Positions 28,401-39,900 of a stretch of 64,000 nucleotides of DNA are shown here, piece after piece. Position 1 is the stretch's first letter; the number at the start of each line of letters is the position of its first letter. Below the pieces are notes generated by a model. The model worked only from the letters and a program-made list of their open reading frames with translations, was not told the origin of the DNA and made no database searches. Both the position numbers and the translations under genes were made by a program. The stretch is from a virus: the IMG/VR virus record IMGVR_UViG_3300020470_001313, positions 64,001 through 128,000 of that record; one strand, written 5' to 3'.

Positions 28401-28904
28401 TGGATTATCTTCAATAGGAACATCTTTACCACCACGATATACTATCGTATGTGAATAATCTTGAGCAAATATATTATTGTTATTAAATGTACTAGGAAAT
28501 ACTCCTGTTCTAGCAGGGTCTGGAAGATTGTTTGATACAAGTGTTAACCTGTCTCCAGCAAATGCTCCAGTAGTAATAGATGCTGTGGTACTACTTAAAA
28601 TACTTCTAATATCAAAAGAATCATTAGTTAAGTTATCATCCTGCTTGGCTGATATAACAACACGAAGAGGGTCATAACCTTTACCACCATCTAATACTCT
28701 TACATGAACAATTTTACCTGCTTCTATTATTGGATATAATATTGCTTCAACCTCTGGTGTGCCACAATTAGTCACATCCAACTTAGGAGGATCGGTAGCA
28801 ACATAGTCTTTACCACCGTCTTTAACGACAACAGCATCTACACCAAAGTCTTTATTAAAGATTGGTGTAATAACTGCTCCAGATCCAGGTATTGTTCTCG
28901 TCAT
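25467..28904 (-). CDS. Structural protein with a degenerate YHYH domain, an inserted cupredoxin-like domain and Gly-rich beta modules
   Basis: GHSKILGISYDGYPIYGPFG...DLDEHNGRYCVTPEYPNGTYAYF; H...YFCYMHPNMG. Confidence 0.8.
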   Translation of the reverse strand: MTRTIPGSGAVITPIFNKDFGVDAVVVKDGGKDYVATDPPKLDVTNCGTPEVEAILYPIIEAGKIVHVRVLDGGKGYDPLRVVISAKQDDNLTNDSFDIRSILSSTTASITTGAFAGDRLTLVSNNLPDPARTGVFPSTFNNNNIFAQDYSHTIVYRGGKDVPIEDNPNRLPEQVGLLANGSPLISPDAGSDGTPPVGFNFDQIKINYRDHDAYHGYPNSSHLYLFQDAKVVDSFSASNSLFTIKTYYSESNFGGDKSRHANGHSKILGISYDGYPIYGPFGYTTPLDDQSAIKRIDTGYRLKTGVEIDGNRVGINTPTNTTYTVTAANGKFLLNGVEAPIELINRGDTVTFNLDDSSNDDHTLLLTDFAGEEGKQGWHADSQTLYDQDVLYERGVTYYINGNAVTYAQYVSNYNSATTRKLVITVPWFAPANLHYFCYMHPNMGNKTNILNYPAGTFIQDYIWDATEGDLDEHNGRYCVTPEYPNGTYAYFMTTASDSTPEYPYAIGNTYYGGVVRKGEDPPVQAAEVPSGARAEVVLSETNAGQVEYVRMIAGGDGYFGEARADILGGEGTGAAATPVTQSISGLSLDNPGSGYITPPTLFFQGGGGQDAEGVANIDYSGIITNIAVTNPGRFYQEPPYVYIQGGGGVGARATARIEQGEVVGIDVTDPGRGYTSAPNIIFTKLVNVKRKVRNRQSFNAASFFITGLQKSLDTNDDEVVVHNTDAYPGSGKFMIGKEIIEYTSKNEKKFLGCTRGTNFRYDQRVIVDGIQNVDGVSTYEFNVGDRLVRRVESASNKIAKVYDWNPVSRELLIVFEVDELAFIDAGIPSTSDRTVAFDGGTPNASSNTQLPHVIVDSIGDQIVVYQLILTDKKFEDDDEASGAGDGIPDVVNTGTDYADQINLDGGIHSSLYGIEETVGGQNTTIFAIGDQVKDASIPFKYSTVESAGALRDGVEHTARIRVKLASTDTNSVAFVVGETVTGQSSNIQATVESWEQATRTLVLINPLPYFTNNLNLGTNGYFYEFSDDSTVTEVRVLEPGLDYTATPTVVIENSGEIQAQAVVNMTSDGDQVGSLTVTNGGYGYKKVVTAGTLHPTVTFTNAGIDTTGSGAVAEVILGGEKLVGAGGASWRIKSISYDTSIRND

Positions 28905-28907
28905 TTA

Positions 28908-30092
28908 TTAAGTTACGATTACGATTTGGTTGCCCATATTGGGATGCATGGTACACTGATAATATAATGTTGCTGGTGCATCCATAGGTACTACGAATGT
29001 AGTTGTACCAGAACCATCATTAGTCACTCCAGCAGTATAAGCATTACCACCATTTGATTGTCTTATTTCAAATGGATGAACAACATACTGAGAATCATTC
29101 TTAAATCTGTAAACTTGTCCTCTCGTCAAATAAAGAATAGGATCATTAGTAGCACTTACAAATCCTGAACCAGTAAATGTATAGTGAGAGTTAGTTCCAT
29201 CTTCACCTAAAGTCCATGTTATTGTTGGACCTGAAACTGGAATCCAGTCAAATCCATCATACATCAACATGTCTCCTTCAGATACACCTGTACCTGAATA
29301 TGAGAATCCACCAGAACCAGTATAGTTAATGGTTAAGGTGTCACCAGTAATACTGGTTGTTATAGATGTACCACCAGTAACAGTTAATGTATCAGTTGCT
29401 CCAAGAGCAGTTGTTGTACCAGTGTCAGCATTGATTGTAGCAAATATATTTCCACCACCAGCCCCGCCACCAGTTCCAGGTCTAAACTCACCGTTTGCTG
29501 CATTCCAGGTAGGAACTTCCCCGTCTGCATAGGTTGTACTTTGAACATTACCAATACTCTGTAATGTTGAAGTTGTGGTATCTAATATCTCACGCCATCC
29601 AGCAGATGCAGAATAATATGCTTTTGCTACGTCATTAACGTATGCAAACATTCCAGTATATGTTCCATGAGGAGGAAGATTAGCAGAAGCAACATAAGGA
29701 GCATTCCACTTTAAAAATCCATCAGCACCATCAATAATAGTATCGGTAGCATTAGTACCATTTCTTAAAGCAATATCTCCAGTACCATCAGACTGTATTA
29801 GAATATTACCATTATTAGATGATACAATGTTATATCCATTAACGTTTAAATTCTGTTCTAAAATTGCCTTATTAGTACCTTGCCCTGGAGCAAAAGCAGT
29901 ACCATTCCAAGTCAAAGAATCTCCTAAGTTAGGAGATGCAGTACTTACTAGAAGGTTGGTTGCACCAGAAGATCCACCTAATGAATCGTAGAGTTCAGTG
30001 AAATTATCATTGACTTTCGTACCACCAGCACGTAGTGAATCACCAGTGCCATCATTAGCGGTAGTACCAAGTGCTAGTAGTTGTTTTGCCAT
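28908..30092 (-). CDS. Baseplate/fibre-connector protein with a gp9/gp10-like N-terminus and a C-terminal cupredoxin-like domain
   Basis: MAKQ..LGT.ANDGTGDSLRAGG.KVN.NF.ELY; HPF...LYYQCTMHPNMG. Confidence 0.8.
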   Translation of the reverse strand: MAKQLLALGTTANDGTGDSLRAGGTKVNDNFTELYDSLGGSSGATNLLVSTASPNLGDSLTWNGTAFAPGQGTNKAILEQNLNVNGYNIVSSNNGNILIQSDGTGDIALRNGTNATDTIIDGADGFLKWNAPYVASANLPPHGTYTGMFAYVNDVAKAYYSASAGWREILDTTTSTLQSIGNVQSTTYADGEVPTWNAANGEFRPGTGGGAGGGNIFATINADTGTTTALGATDTLTVTGGTSITTSITGDTLTINYTGSGGFSYSGTGVSEGDMLMYDGFDWIPVSGPTITWTLGEDGTNSHYTFTGSGFVSATNDPILYLTRGQVYRFKNDSQYVVHPFEIRQSNGGNAYTAGVTNDGSGTTTFVVPMDAPATLYYQCTMHPNMGNQIVIVT

Positions 30093-30109
30093 TAGACTAA
30101 GTTTTTAAG

Positions 30110-30117
30110 TATTTATG
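30110..30117 (-). promoter_or_regulatory. Late promoter CATAAATA overlapping the upstream stop codon
   Basis: TCA-TAA-ATA, about 18 nt before the start at 30092. Confidence 0.6.
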
Positions 30118-30967
30118 AAGGTCTCTGTTCTTTAGTACTAGGACCAAAGATATATGGGTATACTGGCTTGTTATCCTCATCTAATGTGAGATAATAAGCA
30201 AATGTACCACTAGGAAATTCAGGAGTAACTGCGTATCTACCATTATAAACGTCCAAGTCTCCTAAACCGTTAACGTATTCATAATCTTGAATAAAAGTTC
30301 CAGCATTATATTGACTGTAACTATATGTTCTATTCGCAGGTGGAGTAGTCAATACTCTATATGAACTAGTGAGTCTTTTAGTTCCTTGTGAATTATCAGT
30401 TGAAACTTTATACCCAAATGGTCCATATATGGGATACCCATCAAAACATATACCAACGATCTTTGAATGACCATCAGGATGTCTAAAGAAGTTACCTTCA
30501 TAGTTAGAGTTTGAGAAGTATCCATTAGATTGAATTACTCCATTTGCCCAACAGTTAGTGAGAAAACTTCCTGAATGATAATGGTATGATCCATTCTGCT
30601 CTGGGTGCCCCCCACAAGGGTCTACACCGTACGCTGCTTCATTATATACTGCATTCCATTGAAAATTATCAGGTAGAGGATTAGTATCCCCAGGTAGAGG
30701 ACCACCAGCCGCAGAGGGGTTGGTAATCAAAACACCATTAAGTGCAATACCTATACCACCAAGACCAGTTGCTTGAGGGTTAGAAGTATTAGTTCCACCT
30801 CTATATGTAATATCAAAACTATAAGTCTGAGCAGAGATATTATTAGGATTATTGGGGAAATTCCCAGAACCTAAAGGATCTCCAGCTAGAGCAGGATCGG
30901 GAAGACCATTACTTGTTACAGTAAGAGTATTCCCATCAATAGTAGCAGTAGTATTTGAAGCTGGCAT
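30113..30967 (-). CDS. Stand-alone YHYH-domain protein
   Basis: SNGLP, GIGIALNGV, DPCGGHPEQNGSYHYH, HSKIVGICFDGYPIYGPFG, DLDVYNGR..VTPEFP.GT.AY. Confidence 0.88.
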   Translation of the reverse strand: MPASNTTATIDGNTLTVTSNGLPDPALAGDPLGSGNFPNNPNNISAQTYSFDITYRGGTNTSNPQATGLGGIGIALNGVLITNPSAAGGPLPGDTNPLPDNFQWNAVYNEAAYGVDPCGGHPEQNGSYHYHSGSFLTNCWANGVIQSNGYFSNSNYEGNFFRHPDGHSKIVGICFDGYPIYGPFGYKVSTDNSQGTKRLTSSYRVLTTPPANRTYSYSQYNAGTFIQDYEYVNGLGDLDVYNGRYAVTPEFPSGTFAYYLTLDEDNKPVYPYIFGPSTKEQRPS

Positions 30968-30984
30968 TGTTCAGAACTTTTTAA

Positions 30985-30992
30985 TATTTATG
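30985..30992 (-). promoter_or_regulatory. Late promoter CATAAATA overlapping the gp7 stop codon
   Basis: CCA-TAA-ATA, about 18 nt before the start at 30967. Confidence 0.6.
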
Positions 30993-33900
30993 GTGTACTT
31001 GACCATATGCTTGTTACAGCGAAGACTCCAAGTGTAGTACCTGTACCCGCTGGAGATGATCCTTGTCCAGGAATGTCTCCACTGTCCACATTAGCAAGAT
31101 TTTCAGGTGTTACATTAATAACATCACTATCAACAATCTCTTCTTTATAAAGAGCTTCTTCACCGTATGCACTTAAATCTGGAGCAGTCCAATCATCAGC
31201 AACCACTTGCGTGATAGTAACACCAGGATAATTGTAACCAGAACCAGGGGCGGTTGTATCTACACGAGAAACACCAACCAGTGCCTTAACTGCGCCATCA
31301 AAACCAGATGCACTGTCAACACGGATAACTGGACGTGCGCTAAATCCAGATCCAGGATTGGTTACCTGAACAGAATCAATTCTATTTTTAACGATAGTAG
31401 CATTACCTTGAGCATCACGACCAAATACAGATCCGATATACTCAAATGTTACTAGTGTGTTAGAAGATTCAATAACAGCAACTTCTCTATCCTCAGTTTC
31501 ACCTTGGATGTCTAGAAGGTCACCTGCCTCAATTGGAGGAACAACCTCAGACTGCGTAACGTCAGCGTCAGAACCAATATACGCGAAACCAACAAATGTA
31601 GATCCTACACGAGGAGTTTCTTTGAAGACGACACGAGAACCAACAAGTTCAAAACCGATTCCAGGTTGCTGAATAACACCGTTAAGTGATATAATGATGT
31701 TGTTGTCTGCGATAATAGACTCAGTTGCCTGTACACCTTCAGTAAGTGCGATAGAGTAGAATGTACCATCACGCTTGAGGTTGAAGGATGATCTCAATGA
31801 GTCAAACTCAAATGATATATCATCCAACTGTCTCATCTTACCTACGTAGAAACCAGTGAAGGAAGATCCAATAGTAGGTGCTTCGTTAAACTGTATGATA
31901 TCAGAGAATGCTGTGTATGAACCAGCTGCGCCTGGAGGTTGTAGAATACCATTCACAAAGATCATCATATGACCTTCAGGATCTGGGAAGTATGGAGTAC
32001 CGTTTTGCTCAGTTAGTTTGAACTGTGTTTGTGTACCATCAAATCCAACGAACCAGCGAGATGTACGTCCTACGACATCTATTTTCTCACTAGATGCTGC
32101 TTTATATCCATCATCAGAAATGATAGTATCATTTCCAGTAAATGTTCCAACAACATCGCTTAGATAAACACGATTTGTTAATCCAATTTCATCAATTCTA
32201 CTTACTGTACCGTAAGCAGTTGTAGTTGCGTTAACTGTAGTAGATACCTGACCATAAATTATTGGACTTGAAGTTTCACCTAATTGATATTGACCAATAT
32301 ATTGACCATTAGCGAATGCGGAAGATCCTATTGGTGACACGTACAAGTAATTATTTGAATCATCCCATCCAGTAACAATACCATATGCACCACCTTCAAT
32401 TATTGACTGGTTGTTATTTGCCTGATAAACATACTGACCAACTGTAAAGTCAAGAGTTGCGTTAGGACCTGTGAGAGTAACACCTAAGCGTGTATATCCA
32501 GTAGCAACAACCTTATCACCTGTAGCAATATTCGCTGCTATGGAAGGATGCTTAGTAACATCTAAGTAAATTCTAGTAGCATCTGGATAAACAATTGAAT
32601 TCTCTTCAAATGAACCTATAACACTTTCAGTATCAAGTGTAAGTTTACCACCTGTATTATCAAGAACAGCACCTTCATTCTTATTGAATGATACGATATC
32701 TGCCTTAGCACCACTACTATAACCCTTGAATGAATATCCAGGTTTCATCTCATTAACAAGATTAATAACTTGGAATCTATCAACGATAGTCTGAATACCA
32801 GCGTTAGTTAAAGTACCAACTTCAAATGTGATATTTGGAGCACCACCATTACCTAATAGTGCGTCAGGAAGTGTTAATACATCACTAACACCATATCCAG
32901 TACCACCATTAGCAATTGTAATGTTAGCAGCACCTTGATCATCAACAGTTACGTTGAATGTTGCGTTAGAACCATTACCACCTGTAGCAGCTATACCATC
33001 GTAAGAACCTTGAGTTCTATTTGCATTAGCACCAGCATTTGTTAGATTAGTGATAGATCCAACAAGGTTAGTACCACCTGCGAGAGCAGCACCAGAAGTT
33101 TGACCTGTAATTCCTAAGTATTGTGTGAATGTACCCGCACTGATTACAACATCCATATAACGGAAGTTATCATCAGATGATGTAGCATAAACAACACCTG
33201 TTATAGCAGCGTTACCAGTGATCTGTACAATTTCACCTAAAGCGAAGTCTGCATTACCACTACCTAGAGTAACCTGATCTGCCTTGAAACTAAATCTCTT
33301 AAAGATCTTAGCAATTCTTGCTTCGTTACTTGTAACTTTTTCAATTTCAGCATAACTGTCAGATCCAATACCATAGAAATGATCAGAACCAACTAACTTC
33401 TGTCCCAATCCAACTGGAATATTTCTAGAACCACCTGCAACATATGTTACTACTGGTAGAGTTACACCAACAAAACCAGTTTGCTGTTCATAGAAACTAT
33501 CATCTACAAGTTGTGACTTATAAAGTCTGATAGTATTCTTGATACGGAACATTACTTCAGGAGTATCATAGTATATGTTCAGTTCTGGTTTATATGCAGG
33601 TATTGTTCCAGAATCAGGAGCAGGATTAGTTAAATTATTATTGAGTTGTTCCTCAACAAAGTCCTCAAATTTATCAAGAATGTAGTTCTTAATATTAAAT
33701 TCATCAGAGATGTAGAACTTCTCACCAGCCTCAGACTGATAGATGTCTAGGAATCCCTTATTAAGTTTAGCACCCCAGATAAATGATCCAGAAGTACCAT
33801 CACCCTGAGAACCACCACCAGCTAAAGTACCAGTATTATTGAGCATATATTCCTTCATAGTAATAGAAGAAATACCGAATGGAACACGAATTGTGATGAA

Positions 33901-36900
33901 TGGGCGGAACCAACCAAATCCATATGGTTTAACACCCCAGAATGTTCCCTTCATATCATTTGAAGGTGAACCATCACCAACAACTACGTTACCGTTAATG
34001 AATAGTGAAGGACCAATCGCACCTGTTACAGCATCCCATGTAAATTCTGCCTGATCTGTAGCACTCCATGAAATGCTATGACGGAACTTGTAATACTCAT
34101 CCTGCTTAACAAAGCAACTGAATGTATATTCTTGATAAGATAGTGAAGAACCTTCGTCAAAGTTGTTATTAGTATCATCAAATGTGAGTGTAGCAGAGTC
34201 AAATGTATCAAATGTTGGTAGATTGAATGTTCTTTCAATTACTTTTGGATCAGTATTAACACCAGGAATATACTTGTCAGCAGTTGAAGTACCGTCTGGT
34301 GCAACACCTATATCATTAGAAATAGTACCACCACTTACAGTCCAACCACCAGCATCAAAAGTCTCTCTCTGTCCACTTGGCCAGATATTATCTGATTGAG
34401 TCTCAGATGAGACAGGTGATGTAATTAAACGTATATTCTGTAATGCTGCGGTATTATTGAGGTTTGCAGTGCTTACTGGACCTTCAATGCAACCTTCATC
34501 CGCACTAGTAAATGTATGAGTAAAGTCACCACCAGTTTGTATTGCATTAATGGCAGCTGCTTGTCCAGCAACGAATGTATGTGGATACTGGTCAGCAGAA
34601 GCTGCAACACCAACATTAATTATTATAGTTCCATCTTGCTTCTTAATACCATTAGGTTTACATGTTACGTAAGTATGTGTTGATGTATCAGGTGAAGCAC
34701 CAATATTAATACTAAACGAATCGTTATTAATAATTGTAGGTTCCAACCACTTCTGACTCTTAGGATCAGTTGCTCTTGGATATGCATGAACACTAATCTC
34801 ATTATCTAAAGCACACTTAAAGGTGATTGCACCATCATCAAGTTTAATTAAATCACCAGCAGAAATACCATGATTATTAATATTAAGTGTTAATATACCA
34901 TTATTAGGATTATATGTAGCATCATCAGGATCATCTACATTATCTGTACCTACTGATTTAATGTTAATTGACTTATTATAATATGGGTCAGTTGTACGTG
35001 GGTATGTTTGATTACCAGCACCCTGAGTACATGTAAATGTCAAACTATTAGGTGCAAGTCTAATGCTAGTACCAGCAAGCAATCTATGACCAGTCATAAC
35101 TGCTCCAGGTAGACTGGAAGCATATGTATGTGCGACTGGTACACTAATAGCACCGCCATTTGGATCATTAACATTAACTGTTATAGTTGTAGAACTAGTT
35201 GCTGTAATAGCAAGTCTATTCTTAGCAGCATAATCTATACCACCTACTGCACGAGAACCAGTTAATCTAGGATATGCAGATTGAGTTTGAGTTGATTGAC
35301 CAACATCAATAGTAACAGTTGTTGCGGTTACAGCATCAATTGGTAAAGTTTGACCTGAAGCAGGGTCAGAAGAACGAGGATAAGGGTGCTGTGTAGCATG
35401 GTTATCAGCGTCACAAGTAAAGATAACTGCTTGATCAGCAATCTCAACAGTATCACTAGTAGTATAACTATGAGATCCAATCTCAACTACTAGAAGTCCA
35501 GTTGCAGGATCATATGTTGTACCAGCAGCAGCAGTCTTTTGACTTAAAGTTCCACCAACATCAAATGTTAATCCATTAGTTGTACCAGTAACAAATGTAT
35601 GAGTACCTGTTGCAGCAGCACAAGTGAAGGTAATAGATTCTGGTTTAAGACCAATAGTATCATCAGTAGTCAATCCATGATTATTACCAACAGTTAACTC
35701 CATATCACCCGAAGTTGGGTTGTATGTTGCGTTACTTACATCAAGTGATCCAACTGTCAATTCCATATCACCAGTAATATGGTTGTAATCAGCAGCAGTA
35801 GGGGTATAAGTTCCAGCAGTTGATTTACCAACATCAACAGTAACAGTGTTAGTAGTTACTGCCTCAACAGCAATATCTTTCTTATAGAATGGGTCAGTAG
35901 GTCTTGGATATGAATGGTAACTACTATCATCATCCATTGCACAAGTAAATGTCAATGAATTAGGTTTGATTTGAATTACATCATTCTGTTTCTGGAGACA
36001 ATCACTAAGTGCTGTCTGGAAAGTATGAGCACTAGTGTTAGAAGATATTCCTACATTAACCTCAAAAGTATTTGTAGTTACTGCGGCAATAGTCAACCAT
36101 CTACCACTAGCAGGATCAGATGATCTTGGATAAGTCTTAGTTACACTATTATCTAAAGCACACTTGAATGTTAATGAATTATCATCTATTTTAATCTTAT
36201 CACCATTCTTAAATCCATGACCACTTAAAGTAATCACCATTGCACCTGTAGCAGGTGTAAAGGCAGCACCAGTTGGTGTATGCTTAGTATATGGTGTCAT
36301 TCCATGACCAGGAATGGTTAATACCAACTTACCTGTTGAAGGTGTATATGATACAGCAGTTGGAGTATAAGGAGTACCAATTAAATCAGATGTAGAAAGT
36401 AAATCATAAATTGCATCATCTTTAACCTGTTTTAGGAAAGCAGTTTCTTCTGCTTCTTCCCAAACTCCACCCCAGTCAGCGATGGTAGAAGATCTAATCT
36501 CTTCTTCAAAGTACTCATCACCAACAAGTATTTGTAATGCTGCTTCACGACCTTGCTTACCAGCAGGTACAAGGATCTCAATTATAGTTTCAATTAAAGT
36601 ATCAATAGCAGATTGAACATTAGCACAATCTTGAGCAGTATAATCAGTATTATAACCATCATCCTGAGAATCAGTTATAGTTAAATCTGTAACAGCAGGA
36701 TTGATGTTTTGATCACTAAATCTACCAACATAATGTTCTGGAGTTAATTGACCAGCACCAGTACTCTGAAGTAAGTTATTAACTGCTTTCTTACAAAGGA
36801 ATCCTGTTCTCTGAATTGCTTCAGCAGTTTGAGCAAGTTGATCTTCAACCTGTACAATATTATTAGATGTGTCAAGGAACTTCTTAGCAGCCTCTACAGA

Positions 36901-39900
36901 ACTGTAGTTACCACCAACAAGAAGGTCAGAAGCAATAGAGTCAACGATAAGAGTCATATCTCTGATACACTTATTCTTACCGTCAGTATCACCACCTGGG
37001 TAGTCAAATACTCTTATAGTGTTGCTACCAGCATCAATATAACTGAACTTCTCTTGCATCAGTCCAACTGCTTCAATAGCAATGTATTCTTTGTTAAAGA
37101 TCATCAAATCGGCAGCATCAGCAAATCTGTCACCAGTTGGTGAAAGAGTACTATTCATCAAATTAACAAGAGTGTCAATAGATGCCTTGACGTTTGCACA
37201 TCCACCACCATCAACAGTAATTCCAGCAGGAGGAATAATAACATTAGTAGAGTAATTAGCAACTAGAGTTCCGTCAATTGCTGCCTTAGCATAGAATGCT
37301 AGACGCTCATGAGCATATAGTGACTGTAGAAGTTGTAGTCTAATATGAAGTATCTCACCGTCAGAACCAAGATAGTATCTAAAGGCAGTAACAGTATTTG
37401 CATTACCACCAAACTCTAAGTCTTCTGCAATAGCATCAAGAATTAAACCAAGGTCAGTCTTACAACGTATTGTACCAAGACCAGAAGCACCACCTGCGTT
37501 TCTTGGCATATCCTGTACAAGATCAGGATAACGAGCAAGCATATCACCAGCAGTTTCATCAACAATAACAGTTGCATTAGCACGAATTAAATTCGCAGCA
37601 TCCTTATATCTGTTGAGTGCATCTGGATTTAATTGATTACTTACAAATAAATCATCATCTGGGAATTCTTTATCACAAGTCCATTCGCTAGTAACATAAG
37701 CATCAACTACACCACCACCAGTTTCACTGGTAGGAGCAGTTCTAGTTACAGTACCAAGATGGTCAGATGGTGTTAATGAATTTGCCTTATCAATAGTGTC
37801 AGATATAATACCTGTATAAGTTGTAATTGCAGAAGCAACATCCTGACAATAAGGATTAGCAGTATCTCTAGTGATTGTAGTATCAATTACCTGTTCATAT
37901 CCATGATCTCCAGTTATTGAGATTGCGTCTCCACGCATAACATTGATCATGAAATCACGAACCTTAGCAATTGCCCATACAGTCTCACCCTCTTCACCAG
38001 AAATATGGTTTATAGTAATATTATTAGTGTCTGAACGATCAACATAGTATAGAGCAGTATCCCAAGACTTACTATTTCCTTCATTACGTAAGTCATAGCA
38101 TATTGCCTTAACCCATTCTTTAGCATCTCTAACACACTTAGAGAATGATGGATGAGTTCTTTGAATAAAGTTAACCGAACTTGGATATTCAAGAGTTCTA
38201 TTAGCACCAGGATCAGATAAAGTATCTGTTACAATCTTCATCAAAGCATCAAGACGTGCATTTGCTTCAGGATATCCACCATAAACGAATGGAATATTTG
38301 AATTAGTTTGCTGAATTTCACCGTGAGAAGTAATTGCATTATCTTCAGAACTTACAAATGTATGTGCATAACCACCACCAGTCTTAACAGCACCAGCAGT
38401 AGCACTCTGGAATGTATGAGTGTAGTTACCACCAGCAATTACAGCACCAGCAGTAGCACCAATAAATGTATGGGCAGTAGGTGAACCTACAGAAGTAATT
38501 GGTTTTACATCAACTGTAATAGTTCCAGTTTGTGTCTCAAGACCATTAGATGTAGCACTTATAAAGATATGCTCAAAATCTCCAATAGTAGTTTGACCAA
38601 CCTGAACATCAAATGTATTGTCAGTTATATTACTGATTGCCATCCACTTATTACTAATAGGATCATTTCCTCTAGGATAAGTATGAAGTGTCTGATGTAA
38701 ATCCTTATTACATGTAAATGTTAATGAATTATCTAATATTCTAACCTTATCTTGATCAGTAAATCCATGATTAGCAATAGTTAGTTTTAATATACCAGTA
38801 GAAGCAGTATATGTAGCACCTGTTACTGTATGCTGATTCTTACCAACAGCAGTAATAGGAAGTGCTCTCTGCCAAGCATAGTCAGCACCAGCAGGTGTAC
38901 CACCAACATAACCAGAACCAGTTCCACGAGGATAAGCAACCTGTACAGGTGAACCACCATAAGTACACTGGAATGTTAATGAACTATCTGCTAGTTTAAT
39001 ACTTTGTGCTTCAATTAAATCATGAGCACCAATATTAAGTACTAAATCACCAGAAGTGAAGTTATAAGTTGCACCAGCAACATCATATAGAACTTGAGGT
39101 GATGCACCAACATTAACTGTAATTTCACCAGTCTGCTTCTTAAGAGCATTACCTACACAACTGTTAAAGGTATGAATAGAAGTATCTGGAGACTTACCAA
39201 TTTGTATATCAAATGTATGTGTTGTTAAGTTCTCAATTGGAATCCACTGAGATGCAGAAGGATCTTTTGGTCTTGGATATGAATGATATGTTGTATCATT
39301 ATCTAACTTACAAGTAAACTTCAATGCATCATTATCAAGTTTGACTTGATCTCCAGCAACCTTAATACCATTAGCAGCAGCACTCTGGAATGTATGAGTG
39401 TAATTACCACCAGTTCTAACAACAGAAGTTAAAATACTGTTATTAACAGCATTAACGAAGGTATGTGTATAATTACCACCACTTTGAACAGCATTAGAGG
39501 AAGTACCACCAACCCATGTGTGTGCTGATACGTTAGAAGAAATACCAACGTTAATAGTAATGGTTGTACGACTTACATCATCAACATAGATTGTTCTATC
39601 ATAGTATGGGTCTCTCTGAATTGAAATACCATTATTAGTAGCAGACTCAAATATATGAGTATCTGGGTTTGTAGAAGGTGCAAGATCTAGAACTTGAACT
39701 TTAAAGGTAGTTGAAGTTACATCAAAGATTGGTAACCATCTACCACTAGCATAATCACTTCCACGAGGATATGAGTGGTTAGTAGCATTACCATCCTTAG
39801 CACACTTGAATGTTAATGAATTATCTGCAATCTTAATCTTCTCACCATACTTGTAACCATGAAGAGGTACAGTCAATGTCAAATGTCCTGTAGCAGGATC

